A DNA stretch of 64,000 nucleotides from Candidatus Latescibacterota bacterium (GTDB taxonomy: Bacteria > Latescibacterota > UBA2968 > UBA8231). The stretch spans positions 2,880,001-2,944,000 of the forward strand of contig OZ241867.1 in NCBI GenBank assembly GCA_965203175.1. Reading direction: 5' to 3'. A program made the translations under genes and the position numbers. Shown one piece after another: positions 9,309-18,413 of the stretch; positions within the stretch are counted from its first letter, which is position 1, and every line of letters begins with the position of its first letter. The notes under the pieces were generated by a model. That model was given only the letters and a program-made list of their open reading frames with translations. It was not told the origin of the DNA and searched no databases.

Positions 9309-11234
9309 ATGAAGAGGGGCTTATGGTTCTTGGCGCTTTGGGCGGTGGTAGGATGGAGTGGAGGCAGTGGTGCGCTGACCATTTACCGCATCGGCGCAGC
9401 GGATTTGCCTGCGCCCGAGTTGGACGTACCCTATCAATTTGTCCAGCTCGAGTGGAAGGCCATAAATGCTAAAGCGCACGGTAGCGCGGTGCAAATGGCG
9501 CTCGCCCCCGATGGGATCATCCCGCAGCAGCTAGACCCAGCAGTCAATCTGACGCCCCTTTTGAACGAACGCGGCGGCCGGATTGAGACCTTGCAGACAA
9601 TCGTCGGGTTCGCCGACTTCCCGGCCCGCGATGCACCGATGTTCGACGGCGACCCAACGACGCACTTTCTCGGCGATGGCGATTGGGGCGGAGACTACGG
9701 CCGGGTCAAAAACAAACTCCTGATCTTCGACTTGGGCGGCAACTTCATCGTCGATCGCATCAAGTTTTACCCCCGTGAACGCTTTCTCGACACTCGCTTC
9801 ATCGAGCGCTTCGTCATCGGCACCAGCGACGGCGATCCGCTCAAGAGGAATACGCGCGAGTACGTCGTCGGCGGCGAGGGTGGCCAGTTTCGCGATTACG
9901 ACTTGGTGTACAACATCACCGAAAACACGCAGTCGGTGATCGAACTGAGCATCCCGGATGTGCCTATCCGCCAACTCATGTTTGAAGCGCCGCCCAACAC
10001 CCGCGGCGTTTGGGAAATCGCCGAGTTTGAACTCTACGGTATCGGTTTCGCGCCCGCGAGCCAGTACACAACCAACGTCATCGACTTAGGCGGTATGGCG
10101 AGTTTGGGAGACCTAACGTGGTCGGGGGAGGCTGAGGGAGGAGCAGAGGTGGCGATAGCGATGCGCAGCGGCGATGACGACGATCCCCATTCCTATTGGC
10201 GCCTGACCTTTCGCGGTGACGAGCGCAGTCGCTTTGGTGCCGATGGCACCGCCCTGACGCTCAGCACGTACAAGCGATTGGAAAAAGGCGAAAAGGCCGG
10301 GATCACGCCTGACACCGAAAACTGGTCCGACTGGAGCCCGCCATACAACTTCGCCGCCGGAGGGGACGTGCTGCTCGCGGATAGACCGCGTCGTTACGTG
10401 CAGCTCAAGGCCGATTTCACTTCGCAAAAAGAAGCTGGTGGGCGCTTAGACTTTTTGCAGTTCAGCGTCTCGAACCCGCCGGTGGCGACGCAAGCCTTGG
10501 CCGAGCTCGCGCCGGCGAGCGCTCGCGCCGGCGAGGTGACGTCTTTTACGTATGCGATTCTGCCCCAACTGCGCGACGAGGATTTGGGGTTTGATACTAT
10601 TGAGATTGAGACCCCAGTCGAGGTTGCAAGCCTCGACGCGCTGCGGATCGATGGTCAAGAGGTCGGCTTTGACATTGTGCGCTCGGACGCGCGAGGATTC
10701 GCGTTGCGGATCCCGCGCATGGACCCGCAACAGACGGGCGAACTAATTGAGATTGACTTTGCGGTGGAAGTGTTCAAGTTCGGGACGGTGTTCACCGGGA
10801 GGATCTCCGACAGCGAGAAGCCCTTTGAGGTGCGGCAGGCTCTGACCGCTGGCAACGCCGATCCACTGGTGGATAGCAATACCCTGAGCGTGGGACTGGT
10901 AAACGTAGAGGAGAAGGCGGTCAACGCGCTCAAGCTGTCCTCGCCGGTGTTTACACCCAACGGCGACGGCATCAACGACGTTCTCGAGATTGAATACGAG
11001 TTGTTAAATCTCTTCGGCGCAGTGCCGGTGGAGCTGGAGCTATACGATCTATCGGGACGGCGGGTGGGGATGGTGCATCGGGGAACGGCGGCGAGCGGCC
11101 GATTCGCGCTGGCGTGGAACGGAGTGCTAGCGAATGGAACCGTGACAGTGCCGGGGCTGTATCTACTGCGATTAGAAGTTGACAGCGACCACGGTAAGGA
11201 AGCGCGTCAGCGCGTCATTGCCCTGGCCTATTGA
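9309..11234 (+). CDS. Family A secreted protein A1 (discoidin-like domain plus FlgD-Ig/CHU_C-like CTD)
   Basis: Start re-placed to ATG 9309, after the terminator; signal peptide then ALTIYRIG; IFDLGG..IKFYPR..WEIAEFELYG; FTPNGDGIND; ends IALAY. Confidence 0.8.
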   Translation: MKRGLWFLALWAVVGWSGGSGALTIYRIGAADLPAPELDVPYQFVQLEWKAINAKAHGSAVQMALAPDGIIPQQLDPAVNLTPLLNERGGRIETLQTIVGFADFPARDAPMFDGDPTTHFLGDGDWGGDYGRVKNKLLIFDLGGNFIVDRIKFYPRERFLDTRFIERFVIGTSDGDPLKRNTREYVVGGEGGQFRDYDLVYNITENTQSVIELSIPDVPIRQLMFEAPPNTRGVWEIAEFELYGIGFAPASQYTTNVIDLGGMASLGDLTWSGEAEGGAEVAIAMRSGDDDDPHSYWRLTFRGDERSRFGADGTALTLSTYKRLEKGEKAGITPDTENWSDWSPPYNFAAGGDVLLADRPRRYVQLKADFTSQKEAGGRLDFLQFSVSNPPVATQALAELAPASARAGEVTSFTYAILPQLRDEDLGFDTIEIETPVEVASLDALRIDGQEVGFDIVRSDARGFALRIPRMDPQQTGELIEIDFAVEVFKFGTVFTGRISDSEKPFEVRQALTAGNADPLVDSNTLSVGLVNVEEKAVNALKLSSPVFTPNGDGINDVLEIEYELLNLFGAVPVELELYDLSGRRVGMVHRGTAASGRFALAWNGVLANGTVTVPGLYLLRLEVDSDHGKEARQRVIALAY

Positions 11235-11236
11235 GG

Positions 11237-13177
11237 ATGAGAATGAGCCAGCTGAGGTACATAGTCGCATTGTGGACGGTGGGGTCGCTGGCGGTCGGAG
11301 CAGGCGATCTTAGTGCTCTAACGATATACCGAATCGGGGGTGTCGACCAACCCGCGCCGGAGTTGGCATCAGTTGAAGGGGTGGAGTTCGTGCAGATCGA
11401 TTGGGCCGATATCGACGAGGATTTGCACGGTAGTATCAACTTGCTAGAGGTGACTAGCAGTCACATCGAGCCGCGGCAACTCGACTCCACGGTCAATCTG
11501 ACACCGCTTTTGCCGCAGGCCGATTCTCTTGGTGATATCTTCTACCTGACTTGGATTGGCTGGGGGGGATTCAACGACGACGATGAGCTTATCTGGGACG
11601 AGGATCCCAATACGGCCTATCTGGGAGATGGTCGTTTTGCCTCGCATGGACCGAATACTAAAAACCTGATCTTCGATTTTGGCGGGCTGTTCTTTATCGA
11701 CCGGGTCAAGTTCTACCCGCGGCCTAGCTATATGACCGACCGCTTTGTCGAACGCTTCATTATCGGCACTAGCGACGGCGACCCGCTCAAGGACCCCAAT
11801 CGAGACCTTCAGGCCGGGTCGCGGGGCGATTATGTGGCCTTCGATGTGATTTACAATATCCGCGACAATACGCAGCCGATCATTGACTTGAAGATGCCCG
11901 ACGAGCCGATCCGCAAGTTGCTCTTCCGGGCACCGGAGAATACGCGGGGAATTTGGGAATTGGCCGAGTTGGAACTCTACGGTTCGGGTTTTGCGCCCTT
12001 CTCCAATTATACCAGTAGCATTATCGATTTGGGCAAGCCGGTGGCCTTGGGCGATTTGAGCTGGTCGGGCGAAGTCGATGCTGGTGCTCAGATCGACTTA
12101 GTGATGCGCAGCGGCGATGTGCCAGACCCGAGCATCTATTGGCGCTTCACCTTCCGCGGTGACGAGCAGAGTCGCTTTGACGCCAAGGGTCAGCCGCTTA
12201 CGGCGCGAGCCTACGATAGGCTCAATAAAGGCGAGAAGGCTGGGATCACGCCCGATACCCAGAACTGGGAGCTGTGGAGTCAGGCCTATGATTTTGTGGC
12301 CGGTTCGGGGGCGATGCAAGCTGACAGACCGCGGCGCTACGTACAGCTCAAAGCCGATATTACCGCGCGAAAGGACGCTGGCGGACGGCTGGACTTTTTA
12401 CAGTTTAGCGTCTCGGATCCGCCCGTGGCAACGCAAGTGTTAGCCGAGATTACGCCGCCGAGCGCCCAAGCTGGGGACGTCACCCAGTTTACCTATAGTA
12501 TTCTGCCGCAATTCGAGCGCGAAGATTTGGGATTTGACACCATCGAGATTGAGACGCCGGTCGAAGTGACCAGCATCGACGGCGTGCGAATCGCCGGCCA
12601 GGAAGTCGGTTTTGAGGTCGTGCGCTCGGACGCCGCTGGCTTTGCCCTCAAAATCCCAAGAATGGACGTGCAGCAAACCAGTGAACGGATCGAGGTGGAT
12701 TTCGCCGTGGAGGTGTTCAAGTTTGGGACGGTGTTCGCCGGCCGGATCTCCGATAGCGAAAAGCCCTTTGAGGTGCGGCAGGCATTAACCCCAGGCGATG
12801 CCAATCCGCTGACCGATAGCAATACCCTGAGCGTGGAGTTAGCCGAGGTAGGGGAGAAAGCGGTCAACGCGCTCAAGCTATCCTCATCGGTGTTTACGCC
12901 CAACGGCGATGGCATCAACGACGTCCTTGAGATTGAATACGAGTTGTTGAACCTTTTTGGTGCAGTGCCAGTGATGCTGGACTTATACGACTTGTCGGGG
13001 CGGTGGATCGGGGCGGTGGATCGAGGCACCGCGGCGAGCGGTCGGATTGCCCTGCACTGGGACGGGAGGTTAGCGGATGGGTCAGTGGCTGCACCGGGAT
13101 TGTATCTGCTACGGCTGAAAGTAGAAAGCGACCAACGCAAAGAAGCACGCCAGCGCGTTGTCGTTTTAGCCTACTGA
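11237..13177 (+). CDS. Family A secreted protein A2
   Basis: Same architecture as A1; start 11237 or 11243; ends VVLAY. Confidence 0.8.
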   Translation: MRMSQLRYIVALWTVGSLAVGAGDLSALTIYRIGGVDQPAPELASVEGVEFVQIDWADIDEDLHGSINLLEVTSSHIEPRQLDSTVNLTPLLPQADSLGDIFYLTWIGWGGFNDDDELIWDEDPNTAYLGDGRFASHGPNTKNLIFDFGGLFFIDRVKFYPRPSYMTDRFVERFIIGTSDGDPLKDPNRDLQAGSRGDYVAFDVIYNIRDNTQPIIDLKMPDEPIRKLLFRAPENTRGIWELAELELYGSGFAPFSNYTSSIIDLGKPVALGDLSWSGEVDAGAQIDLVMRSGDVPDPSIYWRFTFRGDEQSRFDAKGQPLTARAYDRLNKGEKAGITPDTQNWELWSQAYDFVAGSGAMQADRPRRYVQLKADITARKDAGGRLDFLQFSVSDPPVATQVLAEITPPSAQAGDVTQFTYSILPQFEREDLGFDTIEIETPVEVTSIDGVRIAGQEVGFEVVRSDAAGFALKIPRMDVQQTSERIEVDFAVEVFKFGTVFAGRISDSEKPFEVRQALTPGDANPLTDSNTLSVELAEVGEKAVNALKLSSSVFTPNGDGINDVLEIEYELLNLFGAVPVMLDLYDLSGRWIGAVDRGTAASGRIALHWDGRLADGSVAAPGLYLLRLKVESDQRKEARQRVVVLAY

Positions 13178-13180
13178 AAG

Positions 13181-15781
13181 ATGGGTATGCAGCGTATCAG
13201 CGTCGTATTAGTGCTTGGTTGGGCCGTGAGCGTCTCGGCCCAAGTCGGGCATCGGGTGACGGCGAGTCAGGTAGTAGTCAACAGCCGCGCCCACTGGCAG
13301 AACTGGAGTTTCCCACCGGGGGTGCTGGAACTAGGTGCCGACGGCTCAGTGCGGCCTCAGCACGTCCGCCGCGACATCAATGCGGTGCAAGATATCGTCG
13401 ATTACTTGCGCTTGCGCCCCCCGGAAAGAATCAAAAAAGACCCCGAAGACATTGTTCCACTCGATGCGGTACAGGGCGGGGCCACGGCAAATATCGCCGC
13501 GGTGCCCAACATTTTTGATGGAGATTTGACGACCTACTGGGAACCACTTGCGGCGAGCGAGGAGTCCGACCTCGCTTCGCAGTGGTGGTTCGTCGTTGAC
13601 TTGGGCCGGTTGGTGATCACTAAGAAGATCGTGCTCAAATTCGTCGCCGAGGATTTGGGAGACCCGTTCTTGCAGTTCGATGTGCTGGCCTCACAGGGCA
13701 ACAAGCCCAAGGGCAACCAGCGCTCGCCGCTGCCAGAGTTCAGCACTCTATTGCGCACCTTGCGGCCCAACAAGGAACAGCGCGTCTTCGAGATCGACAT
13801 GGACCAGTTGGGAGATGATTTTGTCGGCGCTGGTCTTCGCTTTGTGCAGATCGTGGTGACCGGCAGCGATTTCGACCGCGGCCGGGAGCTAAGCCAAGCC
13901 GAGTACGAGGCCCTGCCGGTAGGAGAGCAAGGGGCGATCGACTACTTCAAAAAACTCGCTGGGGGCCGCGAAACCTTAGTGGAGCAGAAGGTTTTTGAGC
14001 GTCTCGACGCCGACCGCCAAGGCGCGATCCGCTACTATCGCAAGGAGCGTCCGCGGCTGGCGGAGTTGGAGGTTCTGGCCGAGGGAGACGAGATCCTTTC
14101 CGAGATGCTGGAGCGCGGTGGTTCCGGCACGGCGACGCAGACGGCCTCAATCAGCAACATGATCGACGGAGAAATCGAAAGCAGGGTCCAATTTATCACC
14201 CGCTTTGGCCGGGGATCACTGAATTCCCCGGAGGGTGGGGTCTTGTTCGATTTGGGGGCCTTCTACTGGATCGATGCCTTCCGCATCGCCTACGCTGGCG
14301 CGGCCTTTCAAGCCTACCATCTAGATTTTTCCGACGGCAGCCTCGAAGCCGACGGCAGCCTCAAGTGGTCGGTCGCGGTCAATCGCACGGAAAACAGCGA
14401 CTATGGCAGCAGTCAGGGGTTGGGTTTCGGCCTCTACGAGGGCAACGACTTCGAGCGGATTAAGGCGCGCTTCTTTCACCTCGTCTGGAAGCAGTATGAG
14501 GCGGGCGGCGGCTTTGGCGGTGGTTCTGGTCAGCCAGCCGAGATTCAGCTCTACGGGCGGGGGTATCAGCCAGAAGTGACTTTGACATCCGACTTGGTGC
14601 GCTTGGGCGGCAGCCGCAACCTGTCCTCCATTGAGTGGGACGCTGATACGCCGCCGAGGACCAGCGTCGTGTTGCAAACTCGCACCGGCAACGAACTCGA
14701 CGAAGTGTTGCGCTACTTCAAAAAAGACGGTACTGAAGTCACCGAGGCCGAATACAACAAGCTGCTGTCGATTTTTCGCGGCGACACGGTTGGTGAGGAG
14801 GTCGCCGGTGGGGACTGGAGCGATTGGAGTGCGCCCTACGAAGACGCCAGCGGTAGCCCGATTACCTCACCTAGCCCGCGCGAATTTCTCGAGATCCGCG
14901 CGGTCCTGCTATCGGACGATCCAGAGGTCAGTGCAACGCTGCGCTCGATTCGGCTCAACTTCACCAACCCAGTCGCGCAAGAGCTCATCGGCGAAGTTGT
15001 TCCTTTCGAGGTCGAGAACCTCGGCGAGGAGCAGCGTTTTTCCTTTTACGTGCGCCCGGACTTCGCCCGCAGTGACCCCGGCTTCGATCAGTTGCTTTTG
15101 ATCGCTCCTACTGATATGAACCTGCGCTTCGAGGGTCTTTATGGCGGTACAGCAGCCGAACTAGCAGCCGGGGAGCCGGCTGGGACGGCTCTTGCTGCTG
15201 AGGTCGTGCCTACTTCGGGCGACAGCTTGCAGGTAGCGTTTTCGCCGCTGGGGCCTGACTCGGGGGTTGAGGTGATGCGGTTGGACTTTTCGACCGCGCT
15301 GTTTTCGACCGGAGCAGTGATGCAGGCGTCGTTGCAGAATAGTGCAGAGGGGGAGGGCGGCTGGCAGCGGGTGGATCCAGGAGAGGCCGTCGCGGAGGTG
15401 GTCAGCAATACGACGACGTTAGTGGGCAAAGTCGCGTCCGGATCTTTGGTGCAAGCGGTGTCGGTGGAGCCTGCGGCGTTTACACCTAACGGCGATGGCA
15501 TTAACGACGAGACTTCGTTCCGCTTTGCAGTGGTCAAGGTGGGCGATGACAGTCCGGTGGAGGTGCTCGTCTACGATCTGCAAGGGCGGCTGACAAGGCG
15601 GCTGGTCGAGCAGCGGGCGTTGAGCACGGGATCGTATGGGATCGCTTGGGATGGGCGGGATGAGCAGGGGGCGGTGGTGCCCCCGGGAGTCTATCTGGCG
15701 CGCGTGCGAGTCGATACGGACACCGAGGGTGCCCGCATTGGACGCGACGAAATTTTCCGCACCATCGCCGTTACCTATTAG
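13181..15781 (+). CDS. Family B secreted protein B1 (two discoidin-like domains plus FlgD-Ig/CHU_C-like CTD)
   Basis: Signal peptide; VVV..HWQNWSF; FDGDLTTYWEP..WWFVVDLGR; FDLGAFYWID..KARFF..EIQLYG; FTPNGDGIND; ends IAVTY. Confidence 0.8.
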   Translation: MGMQRISVVLVLGWAVSVSAQVGHRVTASQVVVNSRAHWQNWSFPPGVLELGADGSVRPQHVRRDINAVQDIVDYLRLRPPERIKKDPEDIVPLDAVQGGATANIAAVPNIFDGDLTTYWEPLAASEESDLASQWWFVVDLGRLVITKKIVLKFVAEDLGDPFLQFDVLASQGNKPKGNQRSPLPEFSTLLRTLRPNKEQRVFEIDMDQLGDDFVGAGLRFVQIVVTGSDFDRGRELSQAEYEALPVGEQGAIDYFKKLAGGRETLVEQKVFERLDADRQGAIRYYRKERPRLAELEVLAEGDEILSEMLERGGSGTATQTASISNMIDGEIESRVQFITRFGRGSLNSPEGGVLFDLGAFYWIDAFRIAYAGAAFQAYHLDFSDGSLEADGSLKWSVAVNRTENSDYGSSQGLGFGLYEGNDFERIKARFFHLVWKQYEAGGGFGGGSGQPAEIQLYGRGYQPEVTLTSDLVRLGGSRNLSSIEWDADTPPRTSVVLQTRTGNELDEVLRYFKKDGTEVTEAEYNKLLSIFRGDTVGEEVAGGDWSDWSAPYEDASGSPITSPSPREFLEIRAVLLSDDPEVSATLRSIRLNFTNPVAQELIGEVVPFEVENLGEEQRFSFYVRPDFARSDPGFDQLLLIAPTDMNLRFEGLYGGTAAELAAGEPAGTALAAEVVPTSGDSLQVAFSPLGPDSGVEVMRLDFSTALFSTGAVMQASLQNSAEGEGGWQRVDPGEAVAEVVSNTTTLVGKVASGSLVQAVSVEPAAFTPNGDGINDETSFRFAVVKVGDDSPVEVLVYDLQGRLTRRLVEQRALSTGSYGIAWDGRDEQGAVVPPGVYLARVRVDTDTEGARIGRDEIFRTIAVTY

Positions 15782-15791
15782 AGGGGCATTA

Positions 15792-18404
15792 ATGATGACT
15801 CGATCATTGGTCCTAGCCGTGCTGATCGCTGGCACTGCGTTTGCCCAATCGGGCTACCGGATCACTGGAGATCAAGTGGTGGTTGACCGGCGCACGCACT
15901 GGCAAAGTTGGAACTTTCCGCCGGGGGTGCTGGATCTGGGCAGCAGTGGGACGGTGCAACCCCGGAGCCTGCGACGCGATATCAACGCCGTCGGTGACAT
16001 CGTCGCCAACTTGCAAGCCCGTCCGCCGGACGGCCTGAAGAAAGACCCGGAAGATATCGTCCTCGCCGACGCCATCTTAGGAGGGGTCCGCTCCAATGTC
16101 GCGGGTGTAGAAAACCTCTTTGACGGGGATATGACGACTTATTGGGAGCCGGATTCGCCGACCGAGGAGTTGGATTTGGGCACGCAGTGGTGGTTTATCG
16201 TCGATCTGGGGCGTTTGGTGATGGCTAAGAAGCTGGTGCTCAGGTTCGTTTCCGAGGAGTTGGGCGATCCTTTCTTGCAGTTCGACCTGTTGGCTTCGCA
16301 GGGCAATATTCCCAAGGGCAACCAGCGTTCGCCTACGCCTGAGTTTACCACTATCCTGCGCACGTTAAAGCCCAACAAGAAGCAGCGGGTGTTCGAACTG
16401 GTCACCAATTCGGAGCCGACCTTTGCTGGAACGGGTATGCGCTTTGTGCAGATCATCATTACCGGTAGTGACTTTGATCGCGGACGAGAGGTGAGTCCGG
16501 CTCAATACGAGGCTTTGCCGGCGGATGATCAGGGGGCGATTGAGTTTTACAAGAAGCAGGTTGATGGCAGCGAGACGGTGGTGTCGCCGGAGATTTACGA
16601 GTTGCTGACATCCGCGCAGCAAGGGCCGATTCGCTACTTCCAGCGGGAGCGTCCACGATTGGCGGAATTGGAGGTTTGGGCTGAAGGCGACGAGATCCTG
16701 ACGGGGACGTTGGCACGGGGGGGATATGGTACGGCGACGCAGACGGCGGCGATCAACAACTTGATTGACGGTCAGATCGAGAGCAAGGTTCAATTTCTCT
16801 ATTCTTTTGGTCGCGGTTCGTTCAAAGATCCAGAGGGCATTGTCTTTTTTGACTTGGGAGCCTTTTACTGGATCGATGCTTTTCGCATGGCCTACGGTGG
16901 CTCGCCATTTAAGGACTATCGGCTCGACTTTTCCGACGGCAGCCTCGAAGCGGACGGCACCCTCAAGTGGACTACTACGGGGACGCGCCAGACCTCCGCC
17001 CCTACCGCGGTGGGGTCGAAGTGGGAAAGCGAGACTAATCTCAGATTCGGAACCTATGAGGGTAACGATTTCGAGCGGGTAAAAGCGCGCTTCTTTCGCT
17101 TGGTGTGGGAGCAGGTCGAAAGCGCCACAGCCCGCGGCGGAGCCACCGGCCAGCCGTCGGAGATCCAGCTTTACGGCCAGGGGTATCACCCAGAGGTGGC
17201 GCTGACCTCCAATTTGATCCGCTTGGGCGGCAGTCGCAACCTGCTGTCGATTGAGTGGGACGCTGATACGCCGCCGGGCACCAGTGTCGTGTTGCAGACC
17301 CGCACCGGCAACGAACTCGACGAGGTGCTGCGCTACTTCAAAAAAGACGGTACTGAAGTCACCGAGGCCGAATACAATAAGCTGCTGTCGATTTTCCGCG
17401 GCGACACGGTCGGCGAGGAGGTCGCTGGTGGGGACTGGAGCGACTGGAGTGCGCCCTATGAAGACGCCAGCGGCAGTCCGATTACCTCGCCTAGCCCGCG
17501 GGCGTACTTGGAGGTGCGGGCGGTGCTGCGGTCGGACACACCTGATTACAGTGCGACGCTGCGGTCGATTCGCTTGAATTTTACCAATCCGGTCGCACAG
17601 GGGCTGTCTGGCGAAGTGACTCCCTTTGCGGTGGAGCAGTTGGGGCAGCCGCAGCGATTTTCGCTCTATGTGCGCCCAGAGTTTGCCGCAGGCGATCCGG
17701 GGTTTGATCAGTTGTTAGTAGTCGCCCCGTCGGATATGCGTTTGGCTTTTGAGGGGGTATATGGCGGTCCGGCGGCGTCACTGGCTGCTGACGTAGGAGC
17801 CGATTGGGCGTTGGACGGAGCAGAGGTTGTGCCTACCGCTGGCGATAGTTTGCAGGTAGCGTTTTCGGAGATAAATCCATCTTCGGGGGTTGAGGTGGTG
17901 CGGTTGGATTTTTCGACGGCTTTGTTTTCGACCGGAGCAGTGATGCTGGCGTCATTGCAGAACAGTGCGGAGGGCGAGGGCGGCTGGCAGCGGGTGGACC
18001 CGGGCGAGGCGGTCGCGGAGGTGGTCAGCAATACGACGACGCTGGTAGGCAAAGTCGCGTCTGGGCCTTTGGTGCAAGCAGTGTCGGTGGTGCCCTCGGT
18101 GTTTACGCCCAATGGTGATGGCATTAACGATGAGGCATCGTTCCGCTTTACGGTGGTCAAGGTGGGCGATGACAGTCCGGTGGAGGTGCTCATCTACGAT
18201 CTGCAAGGACGGCTGGTGCGGCGGCTGGTCGAGCGGCGGGCGTTGAGTACGGGATCGTATGGGGTCGCTTGGGACGGACGCGACGAACAGGGCGAAGTCG
18301 CTCCACCGGGGGTCTATCTAGCGCGGCTGCGCGTGGACACCGATACTGAGGGATCCCAAATAGGCAATGCCGAGATTTTCCGCACCATCGCCGTTGCCTA
18401 CTAG
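15792..18404 (+). CDS. Family B secreted protein B2
   Basis: Start re-placed to ATG 15792 (RBS gagggg); near-identical to B3 over long stretches; ends IAVAY. Confidence 0.8.
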   Translation: MMTRSLVLAVLIAGTAFAQSGYRITGDQVVVDRRTHWQSWNFPPGVLDLGSSGTVQPRSLRRDINAVGDIVANLQARPPDGLKKDPEDIVLADAILGGVRSNVAGVENLFDGDMTTYWEPDSPTEELDLGTQWWFIVDLGRLVMAKKLVLRFVSEELGDPFLQFDLLASQGNIPKGNQRSPTPEFTTILRTLKPNKKQRVFELVTNSEPTFAGTGMRFVQIIITGSDFDRGREVSPAQYEALPADDQGAIEFYKKQVDGSETVVSPEIYELLTSAQQGPIRYFQRERPRLAELEVWAEGDEILTGTLARGGYGTATQTAAINNLIDGQIESKVQFLYSFGRGSFKDPEGIVFFDLGAFYWIDAFRMAYGGSPFKDYRLDFSDGSLEADGTLKWTTTGTRQTSAPTAVGSKWESETNLRFGTYEGNDFERVKARFFRLVWEQVESATARGGATGQPSEIQLYGQGYHPEVALTSNLIRLGGSRNLLSIEWDADTPPGTSVVLQTRTGNELDEVLRYFKKDGTEVTEAEYNKLLSIFRGDTVGEEVAGGDWSDWSAPYEDASGSPITSPSPRAYLEVRAVLRSDTPDYSATLRSIRLNFTNPVAQGLSGEVTPFAVEQLGQPQRFSLYVRPEFAAGDPGFDQLLVVAPSDMRLAFEGVYGGPAASLAADVGADWALDGAEVVPTAGDSLQVAFSEINPSSGVEVVRLDFSTALFSTGAVMLASLQNSAEGEGGWQRVDPGEAVAEVVSNTTTLVGKVASGPLVQAVSVVPSVFTPNGDGINDEASFRFTVVKVGDDSPVEVLIYDLQGRLVRRLVERRALSTGSYGVAWDGRDEQGEVAPPGVYLARLRVDTDTEGSQIGNAEIFRTIAVAY

Positions 18405-18413
18405 AGGGCATTA

